Shown here in pieces: positions 1-9,089 of a stretch of 32,000 nt of DNA. The DNA is from Methanocaldococcus jannaschii DSM 2661 (GTDB lineage: Archaea; AGJL01; Methanococci; Methanococcales; Methanocaldococcaceae): NCBI RefSeq assembly GCF_000091665.1, contig NC_000909.1:1606838-1638837 (forward strand). The letters are read 5' to 3'. Under the pieces are notes generated by a model. The model was not told the origin of the DNA. It was given only the letters and a program-made list of their open reading frames with translations, and made no database searches. The number at the start of each line of letters is the position of its first letter. Positions within the stretch are counted from its first letter, which is position 1. Made by a program: the position numbers and the translations under genes.

Positions 1-450
1 TTTTATTTCTGTCTTCCCAAATTTAAATGTTTTGTTGTCAGCAAATTCAATCTTTTTTGCAATATCTTTAACGCTCTCTAAGAATTTTTTTGCCCTATTC
101 ATCTGACTTTTATTTATAAACTCAGTTGGATGTTTTATTAATAGAATTTTGTCTTTGTATAGTTCTTTAGCATAATCCTTTGATTCCAAGTATATATCAT
201 CAAAAAATGGAGTGTAGTGGTCGTAATGGTAATGGGAGATAGTTATAACATTAGATTTTTTCGCATAGTCGTTGATTTTATTTCTCATCTCTCTCAATTT
301 TTCAAATTCTATATCATTTGGCTTTAAACCATATCTATCTGGAGCTAAGGCAACTCCTGGGTCTATTAAAATCCCCACATCCTTTGTTTTAACATAGGTT
401 GCTAAAGACCTAACCCCCAAGCTTTCAGAAGCTAAGGGAATGACTTTCAT
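1..450 (-). CDS. MBL-fold metallo-hydrolase, UPF0282-type (first 150 codons; gene runs off the window start)
   Basis: Reverse translation from ATG (complement of 448-450) reads MKVIPLASESLGVRSLATYVKTKDVGILIDPG...VITISHYHYDHY, containing the HxHxDH beta-lactamase-fold metal motif. The frame is open to position 1, and a GGTGG Shine-Dalgarno-like motif lies just upstream. Confidence 0.7.
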   Translation of the reverse strand, partial: MKVIPLASESLGVRSLATYVKTKDVGILIDPGVALAPDRYGLKPNDIEFEKLREMRNKINDYAKKSNVITISHYHYDHYTPFFDDIYLESKDYAKELYKDKILLIKHPTEFINKSQMNRAKKFLESVKDIAKKIEFADNKTFKFGKTEIK

Positions 451-483
451 AGTTCCACCACTTTTTTAGAAAAATTTAAAAAT

Positions 484-3400
484 TTATCCTATCTTAAAGA
501 AGTCACTCAACTTAACCTGTCTGCTTTTTTCATTTTCAAATATTGAATTAATCCCCTCTTTAATAATCTTTAATCTTTGTTTTATATAATCATTTACATT
601 ATATTCCTCAGCCATCTTCTCTGCAACATCCATATACTTCTCAACAGCTCCCTTTGAGACAGTTAATATTAAATTAGAGCCACATTTTGGACACTTCCCT
701 TTCAAAGGTATTCTTCTATACTTAGCTCCACATTTACATCTAACTGCCTGCCTTGAGAAAGCCCTTAAATTCCCAATTAAATCTGGGATGAAGTGGGATT
801 GAATAACCTTCTCAGCAACATCTCTTTCATCTGTAGCCCTAATTTTCTTAGCAACTGATAATTGGGAAGTGGTTTTTTCTAACATTGAACCTAATGTTTT
901 ATAAGCACAAACCTTCGGCCCTAAGTCAATTCTTGATGTTTCGTGAGTATAGCCAATACCTTCATACTGCTCTGGCTTTCCTAATCTATCTTCAACTGTC
1001 TCCATAAACTCCTTAACTTCTTTCGGTGAAGGCATTTCTAAGGTTTTTTCATAAAACTCTAATGGATAGCTCCACATTGTATCCATATTATGAACTTCTC
1101 CATCAACTTCCTTTGGGTCTAATATGGTTGTTAAGACTAATGGGGCATCCATCTGTCCTCCTCTCTTATCTGGTAGGAATTTTTTGGAGAAGTTCAAAAA
1201 CGCGTCTAATAGCAAAAAGAAAGAATCTTCGTCCCCGTCACAGTTTCTTCTCTTTGCAGCATGGAAATAAGGATGAGCATAACCAACATTTGCTTTTGTA
1301 TAACCAATTATTCTTCCAACCATTCCAGCAGATGTGTGGGGAGCCATTCCAATGACTAAATGCCCAATTAAATCCTCTTTTTTCTTTACGTTGTAAAACC
1401 TTTCAACTTTATAAAACTTCTCCAATAAATCATCTATAAAATTAGCTACCTTAACAAAATACTCTGCACAACTCTCTGGGATGATAACATCTTGTGGTTT
1501 TAGCTCAACGACCTGCTCCCCATCAACTAACTCATTGCCATAAATATCTTTATCATAGCCAAGCTCTCTCAATTTTTCAACAGTAACGTTTATCTCATTT
1601 GGTTTAAAGTGGGTTACTGGCACATCTGTGCAATCAAACCTTGTAGTTCCGTCTTTAAAGACATAAACCTCATTTATCGCCCTCAATATAGCTTTTTCTA
1701 ATGGTTCAACAATCTTCTGCTTGGATGTCATCCCTTTAATACACTTAACATCTCCTGGCTTGTTTATACCCAATCTCTTTAAAGCGGCATACCAATAATC
1801 TTTTAATGGAGCTTTAATTCTTCCAAAGTTATCTAACTCTACCTTAGTTCCACAGAATGGGCAAACTCTATATAATGAAATTTTTCCACAATTTGGACAT
1901 CTTGTGTAAGAAACATCAACATCATCTGTATTGTTTTCCTCAACTGCCTTGTTTATCAATCTCACTTGCCCTCCAGCATTACCTATTGGGAATAAACCAT
2001 TAACTGGAGGTTTCATCTTTCTTGGTGCTGCTTTCTCTGGCCTTCCCATCCTTGCTCCAACATATACATAAGTGTTTCTTCTAACTTCAAACGGAGCTAA
2101 TAAGTTTATAAGATGCATACTATTTTTGGCTGACTCTAAGATTTTCTCTATATTTTCAACTAAATCCTTTTTATTTTCAACATCAAAGCCCAGTGAGTAG
2201 AGTAGAGGGTAATACTCCTCAATTATAACCTTTTTATTTCTAACTAAGTGGCAGCAGCCAATTAATTCTAAGATTCTTTTAGCTTTTTTATCTTCCTCTA
2301 TCTCTAAATCAACAATCCAAACTTTTTTTCCTTCAAGGCTATCTTCTTTTCCTTTCAACAACCAATTTCTTAATAGGATTATATCTTCCTTACTAACATC
2401 ATGCCAGTGATAGGTGAATCTTGGATGTAGTGGAGTTTTTGTTTCTAAAGCAAACTTAACAGCTTCCTCTGGCTTTGGGTTCTTTATAAAATCCTTATCA
2501 TACTCTATATTATTAGCTATCAATATCTTCTCATACCACTCCTCACACCAACAACTTGGCAATAATGGGTGATTATTCTCTAAGAAATCCCCATAATTAA
2601 CCAAAACATCTCCTAAGAATAAAATTTCCTCAACCCTATTTCTAACATCCATAGCTTTCTCTATTGTATCAACTCTAATAACATCTCCATTTTTTAGCTT
2701 GACAATTGGTGGTTCAATGCTATCAACCGGCACAACACATGTAGCTTTTCCCGGCCTTTCAGTTTTTAGCTGGGTTCCAACAGCCATAAACTCATCTACC
2801 AAATACATTAAGGCAGGATGAAATCCTTGAGTAGCAAAACCAGTGTTTCTACTCCTTCCATATCTCAACCTAAATCCACCAACCTTTGATGGATGGGCAA
2901 AAACAGGCCTTCCAGCAATAACTTCGCTTATAAACTTTTTGTTTGCCTCTATTTTAACATCTCTCCAGTATCCGCTAATTTCTTCTTCCTCTTCATCTAT
3001 TTCTTCATCATCTACTTTTTCATCCTTTTCCTCCTCTTTTTCTTCTTTTTTACTCATCAAATCTTTAAGCCAGTCCCATCCCTCTATTCCTAATTTATCA
3101 ACGTGCCTCAATATTTTAGGAGCTTTTAATAAAACTCCCTCAACCAAAACTAATAAAGCCCCTCCCCTCAGTTGGTTTGTCTCTACCCTTGGCAAATCCC
3201 TATGCCCTGAAACTTCCACATCATCTGTAGCTTCTCCAGTAATCTCTATAGGGATGTTTCTTATAGCTGTTCTAATCTCATCTGCTGTTGGGTTGTATTG
3301 AAAACTCCCAACTTCTGATTGGTAAAGCTCAACCTCCTCAACATATCTCTCAATCTCATCCTCTGTTGGTTTGTATCTATCTAAACCCATTGCCTTTCTT

Positions 3401-3903
3401 ACGAAATCTCCAACTAAGACAGATAGAGCTTGAGCAGTTCCCCCAGCACTTCTTATAGGTCCTGCATAATAGATAGCTAAATATTCAGTTCCGTCTGGGT
3501 TTTTTTTGATTTTAACATCTGCAATTCCCTCTAATGGAGCAGCAACAATTCCTTCAGTTAATACAGCTAATGCAGTTCTAACTGCCTGTTCTGCCTTTTT
3601 TTCCTTATCAAAGTTTCCAAATTTTCCTTCAACAATTTCTTTAGCTATCTCCAATGCAGCTGGTTCTTTACCTAACTCTTTAACCAATTCTCTAATTCTC
3701 TCTGCTACTCCTTTCGGCCCAACCAATCCCTCAACTCTATCAGCCATATCAGCAGCTAAAGGAATCTCAACTTCATCAGTTGGGTCAAAACCTTTTTTTC
3801 TACACTCTTCAGCTATTCTGTAAATTTTTTTAACTTCATCAACAATGTTTTCAAAATACTTTTTCATATTTTCGGAGCATGCAACATGAACCATAACAAT
3901 CAC
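484..3903 (-). CDS. polC: DNA polymerase II (PolD) large subunit DP2
   Basis: 1139-aa ORF recognisable as archaeal PolD DP2. It has cysteine clusters CPNCG..CPFCG and CKCGAKY..CPKCGS. The first codon is GTG at 3903; ATG alternatives are at 3894 and 3867 ([12 protein letters not shown]...). Confidence 0.93.
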
Positions 3904-4110
3904 ATACTTAAATATTTTTAAAATTTGATAATTTTCCTTTACTTATTTTATTTTCAACTAAGTATAAGACCTTTGCCATATATAAATTGAATATCCAAAT
4001 ATTTACAACTAATAAAACTTAAGGAATATAAGGAATAAACATAAAAAATAAACCACATAAATAAAATAGATATTAATTCATGCAACAGTGAATATTTCTG
4101 AGGGATTGTA

Positions 4111-4311
4111 ATGTTAATTAGTTTAGTCGTAGTTTTATTTTTCGTAATATATTTAATAATCATACTATGGATTGTTGGCTGGATTATATTAAATAAACAG
4201 TATGGCAAAGAGATTGATTTCATTAAGTTCATATTATTTTTAAGGCATTACTTAAAAAATAAAGAACTTCATTTTGGCGTCTTTCAATTAATAAAAATTT
4301 ATTATGAATAA
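4111..4311 (+). CDS. possible small single-pass membrane protein (66 aa), unassigned
   Basis: ATG is preceded by GAGGGA (4100-4105) at 5-nt spacing. The N-terminus LISLVVVLFFVIYLIIILWIVGWIIL is one hydrophobic helix. It lies in a 437-nt AT-rich intergenic region where random ORFs are rare, but it has no recognisable family. Confidence 0.25.
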   Translation: MLISLVVVLFFVIYLIIILWIVGWIILNKQYGKEIDFIKFILFLRHYLKNKELHFGVFQLIKIYYE

Positions 4312-4340
4312 TCCTAAAAAAATAAAATTGGGGGAGATTA

Positions 4341-5900
4341 ATGAAACCAACTGCCTACTTCTGTATGGAATTTGCAATTCACCAACCATTAAAAACTTAT
4401 GCTGGAGGATTAGGATTTTTAGCTGGTTCTCATTTTAGAGCGGCTAAAAGATTGAATCAACCTCTTGTAGGAGTTTCAATATTATGGAGCTATGGATATT
4501 ATGACCAATTAAGAGACAGAGAAGGGAAGATGAAAGTTGAATATATAAGAAAATACTATGATTTTTTGGAAGACATTAAATTAAAAGTCCCAGTTACAAT
4601 AAACAACAACACTGTTTGGGTTAAAGCTTATAAATTAGAAGAAGATGTTTTTGGAACATGCCCTATTTATTTTCTAACAACAGATATTCCAGAAAATGAT
4701 GATTTCTCAAGAACTATAACTCACAACTTGTATGATGCCAACAATATACTTCATATAGCACAACAGATTGTTTTAGGAATTGGAGGATATAAAGTTATCA
4801 AAGAGTGTGAAAATGTAAAGCTCTTCCACATGAATGAGCCTCATCCTTTACCTTTAGTCTTTAAGCTGATAGAAGAATATGGGCTTGAATACACAAGAGA
4901 ACATACTGTTTTCACAACTCACACACCTTTACCAGAAGGAAATGAAACCCAAGACATTAACTTATTAAAATCCATGGGATTCTTTGGAAATGTTGATGTA
5001 AAATTAGCTGAAAAATTAGGAGGAAATCCATTTAACTATACAGTTTGTGCATTAAGAGTTTGTAAAAGAGCCAATGCTGTCTCTAAAAAGCATAAAGAAG
5101 TTTGCGATAGAATGTGGAGCTGGGTTAAGGATAGATGTGAAATAGTAGCTATAACTAACGCTCAAGATAAATACTACTGGCAAGACCCTGTTATTAGAGA
5201 GGCGGCAAAAAAATATGATATTGATATGTTGAGAGAGAGAAAAATGGAACTAAAAGAAATTCTATTTGAGGAAGTAGCAGACCAAACTGGAAAGATTTTT
5301 AAAAAAGATAGACTAACTGTTGTTTGGGCAAGAAGATTCACAGCTTATAAAAGACCTCATATATTGCTTCATGATGAGATGAGATTACTTGAGTTGTTGA
5401 AAAAGAAAAGAATACAGGTTATTTGGGCTGGGAAACCCCATCCAAATGACCACAACATGATAGCTACTTTTAATTGGATTGTATCAAAGACAAGAGATAT
5501 GAAAGGAGCTACTATACTAACTGGTTATGAACTAAAGCTGAGTAAGATGTTAAAGCAGGGTTCAGATATTTGGCTTAACACACCAAAACTAAATCATGAG
5601 GCATCTGGAACATCTGGAATGACCGCCTCTATGAACGCTTCTATTCACATGAGTACCTTAGATGGATGGCATGTAGAATGGGCTAAAATGTATCCGGATG
5701 ATAGCTTTACAATTGGCGATGGAGTTAGGGATGATGATGCCTATGTGGCTAACTGCATATACAATTTATTAGAAGAAGTTGCTGACATGTATGATACTGA
5801 AAGATGGTGGATGAAAGCTTGTAACTGCGTTAATCATATTGTTGAATACTTTGATGCTGAGAGAATGGCTAAGGAGTATGCTGAGAAGTTGTATAAGTAA
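4341..5900 (+). CDS. alpha-glucan (glycogen/maltodextrin) phosphorylase family GT35 homologue, short form
   Basis: 519-aa ORF with SD GGGGGAG upstream. It carries the GT35 signature region DIWLNTPKLNHEASGTSGMTASMNAS...LDGW, but with Thr where the PLP lysine normally sits (see findings). Confidence 0.8.
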   Translation: MKPTAYFCMEFAIHQPLKTYAGGLGFLAGSHFRAAKRLNQPLVGVSILWSYGYYDQLRDREGKMKVEYIRKYYDFLEDIKLKVPVTINNNTVWVKAYKLEEDVFGTCPIYFLTTDIPENDDFSRTITHNLYDANNILHIAQQIVLGIGGYKVIKECENVKLFHMNEPHPLPLVFKLIEEYGLEYTREHTVFTTHTPLPEGNETQDINLLKSMGFFGNVDVKLAEKLGGNPFNYTVCALRVCKRANAVSKKHKEVCDRMWSWVKDRCEIVAITNAQDKYYWQDPVIREAAKKYDIDMLRERKMELKEILFEEVADQTGKIFKKDRLTVVWARRFTAYKRPHILLHDEMRLLELLKKKRIQVIWAGKPHPNDHNMIATFNWIVSKTRDMKGATILTGYELKLSKMLKQGSDIWLNTPKLNHEASGTSGMTASMNASIHMSTLDGWHVEWAKMYPDDSFTIGDGVRDDDAYVANCIYNLLEEVADMYDTERWWMKACNCVNHIVEYFDAERMAKEYAEKLYK

Positions 5901-5916
5901 AATTTTTGGTGATTTA

Positions 5917-6606
5917 ATGCTAATTTCCCATATATCTTTAAGTGATAAGATAACGCTCTTAACTTATGGATGCAACTTTAAATGTAAATACTGCTTCTTT
6001 AAACCATTATCCTGTAAAAAATATAGTGTAGATGAGATTTTAAATAAAATTTTAGAAGTTAATGAGAACTATAAATTAGATAAAATCTTAATTGCTGGTG
6101 GAGAGCCAACTTTACAAAATGACTTGTCTGAACTAACAAAGCTGTTAAAAGATGAGGGTTTTTATCTTATGCTATCTACAAATGGATATTATTTAAAAGA
6201 TATGCTTGATAAGCTTGAAGTTGATGAGATACATATTGATTTAAAGGCTTATGATGAAAATAAACATATATATTTAACTTCATGCTCTAACAAAAAAGTT
6301 TTGGATTGTATAAGTTATATAGGGAAATATAGGGATGAATTCAATTTTAAGGTTGAAATAGATACTGTCTTAATTCCAAATATTGTTGATTTAGATGAAA
6401 TTGAAAAAATAGCTAAGTTTTTAAGCAATTGGGATTTACCTTATAGAATTACAGGATATGTAAAATATAACAACAATTTGAATGCTGAAAAACCTGATGA
6501 AGATAAAATATTAAAAGCAAAAGAAATAGCCTTAAAATATCTCTCTAACGTATCTTGCTCCTTAGATTTTAAAAGACATAAAAAATCTAAGAAAGTTATT
6601 ATTTAA
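5917..6606 (+). CDS. radical SAM protein (activase/QueE-like), function unassigned
   Basis: CxxxCxxC cluster motif in LTYGCNFKCKYCFF, followed by IAGGEPTL. I prefer ATG 5917 because the 5839 extension overlaps the end of the upstream gene. Confidence 0.75.
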   Translation: MLISHISLSDKITLLTYGCNFKCKYCFFKPLSCKKYSVDEILNKILEVNENYKLDKILIAGGEPTLQNDLSELTKLLKDEGFYLMLSTNGYYLKDMLDKLEVDEIHIDLKAYDENKHIYLTSCSNKKVLDCISYIGKYRDEFNFKVEIDTVLIPNIVDLDEIEKIAKFLSNWDLPYRITGYVKYNNNLNAEKPDEDKILKAKEIALKYLSNVSCSLDFKRHKKSKKVII

Positions 6607-6620
6607 ATTATTTAATTTAA

Positions 6621-8057
6621 TTATTTCTCCTCTTCTTTTATACCAATAACTTCCAATATCTTAGCCCTAATTGCCTCTTCAACTAATTTTCTTAAAGCTT
6701 CTTTATCAGACACTGCCTTAAATATTCCTAAAGGAATTTTGGCAGCTGCAGCTGTTTGATGTCCTCCTCCACCAAATGCCTTATTTAATATCTCTCCAAG
6801 GTTTAACCTTAAATCCTTAGTTCTTGCAGATATGTGAATTTCATCTCCAACAATACCAAATACGAATGTTGTTGAAATCCCTTCCATCTTTAATAAGAAA
6901 TCAGCTGCTTTTGGTAGAGCATCTCTATTACTTATTTCCCCAACATAAGCTAAGGCAATATTACCTTTAACTACTCTTCTATTCATTACTGCCTTAGCCA
7001 AAACTTCCATAACCTCTGTTGAAATTTCTGGATTCTCTATCATATTTAAGATAGAAGCATCTATATAGCTTTGAAGGTATGCTGCTGCTTCAAAATCCAA
7101 TTTTGACGTTTCTCTTTTAAAGTAGTCAGTATCTGATTGGATTCCATAAAATAAGGCAGTGGCTAAGTTTCTTGATGGCTCTATATCCAATTCCATAAGA
7201 TATTGTGTTAAAATGGAAGCAGTGGCTCCAACTTCTGGTCTAACATCCATATATTTGGCAGTTAAATCGGTGTTGTTGTGATGGTCTATAATTATATCAA
7301 TGTTTGGAAGTTCAATAGGTAGTTGTTTTGATGTTGATGTATCTATGACTGCAATGACACAGTAATTATCTAAGTCAATATCTTCAACATTTAAAAGTTT
7401 TATCCCTAACAAATTTATCATTGCCTTATTTTCATCATAACCAATATTTCCCCCATATGCAATGTCTGAATCAACTCCCCATCTTTCAGCAAGTGTTTTT
7501 AAAGCCATGGCACTTGCTATAGCATCAGGGTCTGGGTTTATATGTGTTAAGATTAGAAGAGGAGCTTTTTTTTCTTCTTCTGTTTTTTCCAACTTCATGC
7601 ATCTTTTCTTTCCTTCTATTAACACAGATTTTAATTGCATTAATTTTCTCTTTAATTTTGCATCTTCAACTTCCTTTGCAATGTCTTTAGCTCCACTCTC
7701 TAAGATGTTTATAATCTTATCTATATTTAGCCCCATATAAAGTTCTGGATATCTTGGAATGGCTCTTGCAATTTTGTATGAGTTTGGACTTAGCTCACAA
7801 ACTCTTTCAGCTATCCTTCTATTAACTTCTGGTTCATTTGTTAATATTAATACAATATCTGCATTCTCAATTTTAGCTTTTTTCAACACTTCATCTTGAG
7901 TGGCATCTCCAACAATTACAGTTACTCCTTCTTTTACTAAATCATCAGCATCATCAATATTTTTATCAATAATCGTAATTGGTTCTTTATTTTTAATGAA
8001 ATTTACAACTTTTCTACCAAAAGAACCAAAACCTATTACGGTTATCATATTCATCAC
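6621..8057 (-). CDS. RCK/TrkA-N domain fused to DHH/DHHA1 phosphoesterase
   Basis: N-terminal Rossmann motif VIGFGSFGRKV. DHH motifs NPDPDAIAS, VIDTS and IIIDHHNN. DHHA1 motif GGGGHQTAAAA. Confidence 0.85.
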   Translation of the reverse strand: MMNMITVIGFGSFGRKVVNFIKNKEPITIIDKNIDDADDLVKEGVTVIVGDATQDEVLKKAKIENADIVLILTNEPEVNRRIAERVCELSPNSYKIARAIPRYPELYMGLNIDKIINILESGAKDIAKEVEDAKLKRKLMQLKSVLIEGKKRCMKLEKTEEEKKAPLLILTHINPDPDAIASAMALKTLAERWGVDSDIAYGGNIGYDENKAMINLLGIKLLNVEDIDLDNYCVIAVIDTSTSKQLPIELPNIDIIIDHHNNTDLTAKYMDVRPEVGATASILTQYLMELDIEPSRNLATALFYGIQSDTDYFKRETSKLDFEAAAYLQSYIDASILNMIENPEISTEVMEVLAKAVMNRRVVKGNIALAYVGEISNRDALPKAADFLLKMEGISTTFVFGIVGDEIHISARTKDLRLNLGEILNKAFGGGGHQTAAAAKIPLGIFKAVSDKEALRKLVEEAIRAKILEVIGIKEEEK

Positions 8058-8164
8058 GTGTAATATTTGGTTATTAATGTATAAATTAGTTCTTTTATAA
8101 TCGTCACACTTACATTGGCATATCTTCTATTACTTATTTAGAATGGTATATAAACCTTCCTAAA

Positions 8165-8890
8165 TTATTTTAAAAATTCAATCTCTATTTTATCCTTTAA
8201 ATAATTTATTAATGTTTTAGCATATTCCAACTTTTTAATTTTTATTTCATCCCCTATTGCTATGTCCTCTTTTATATTAGGTCTGGAATATTTAGTTATA
8301 TAAATTCCAAAATCCATTCCTCCCAAGATTAACTTTTTAGCTTTAAAATGATAGGCTAAAAAGCAACACCTATCTCCATCTGTAAATCCGCCAAAATTGA
8401 TTACATTTCTCAAATTTAACTCCTTATAATTTGGTATTTGACAACTTCCAACGACATTTTTTAGTTTTGGGACATACTTTTTAATTTTTTCAATATTATC
8501 TCCATGTGCATGAACTACAATTATAGAACCCTTTCTATTGCACTCAAATAACGCCTCTAAATCTCCATCTAAGTCAGAGACAATAATGTCTGGAATTATA
8601 TTTTCTTCTAAAAATGCTTTACATGCACCATCAGCCACTATTATAGGATTCTTATAGTTTATTTCCCTTAATTCTTTTAAAATGTTGATATGTTTTTTTA
8701 TTGATGGACCTGCACCAAAGATAAAAACTTCTCTACCTTCAATAATATCTTTAAGCTTATCAACAGGTATTGTATTGGCATTCTCTAAAATGTTATTAAG
8801 GATTACTGCACTTTCAACATCTTTGTCTTTATCAAATCCAAAATCCTCCATAATTTTATTGTAAAATATTTCCCACTCCTTCATGTCCAT
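8165..8890 (-). CDS. mptE: 6-hydroxymethyl-7,8-dihydropterin pyrophosphokinase, archaeal DUF115 type (MptE)
   Basis: 241-aa ORF. I recognise the sequence and its position next to mch as the M. jannaschii MptE family (from memory). It has the GAGPS nucleotide-binding loop. Confidence 0.7.
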   Translation of the reverse strand: MDMKEWEIFYNKIMEDFGFDKDKDVESAVILNNILENANTIPVDKLKDIIEGREVFIFGAGPSIKKHINILKELREINYKNPIIVADGACKAFLEENIIPDIIVSDLDGDLEALFECNRKGSIIVVHAHGDNIEKIKKYVPKLKNVVGSCQIPNYKELNLRNVINFGGFTDGDRCCFLAYHFKAKKLILGGMDFGIYITKYSRPNIKEDIAIGDEIKIKKLEYAKTLINYLKDKIEIEFLK

Positions 8891-9089
8891 ATTATCACAT
8901 TTAGTTATTTGATTACTCTGCTTAAATCAACCTAAATCATAAACTATAAAAACAATACAAATACAAGTTATATAAGATATATTTATCTACCTTCCAAAAC
9001 TGTTTAATCTATAAACAAATGTAACATAGAGGAAAACTTTTTTGAGTATATAACAGTATAATATCATACAAAATACAATAACGATTAAT

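Noticed and set aside
1026-3823. Plus-strand ORFs 1026-1355, 2843-3301, 2893-3093 and 3506-3823, inside the PolD gene.
   Set aside because: All are antisense to a very strong 1139-aa ORF. Their translations are S/F/L/P-rich low complexity, mirroring K/E-rich codons. None has an SD motif.
3954-4232. 92-aa minus-strand ORF in the polC/phosphorylase spacer.
   Set aside because: It has no SD or start context and an odd composition. It overlaps the better-supported plus-strand small ORF, which is itself only weakly supported.
5839-5916. N-terminal extension of the radical-SAM ORF from the ORF track.
   Set aside because: It overlaps the 3' end of the phosphorylase gene in another frame. The conserved protein begins near the CxxxCxxC motif, and ATG 5917 is sufficient.
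7462-8864. Short plus-strand ORFs 7462-7740, 7900-8100 and 8682-8864. Similar antisense ORFs occur at 14576-14812, 14990-15211, 21592-21834, 23679-23900, 24090-24278, 24592-24774, 25414-25608, 26822-27079, 27326-27520 and 27957-28145.
   Set aside because: Each lies antisense within a motif-supported gene. None has a recognisable domain or initiation signal.
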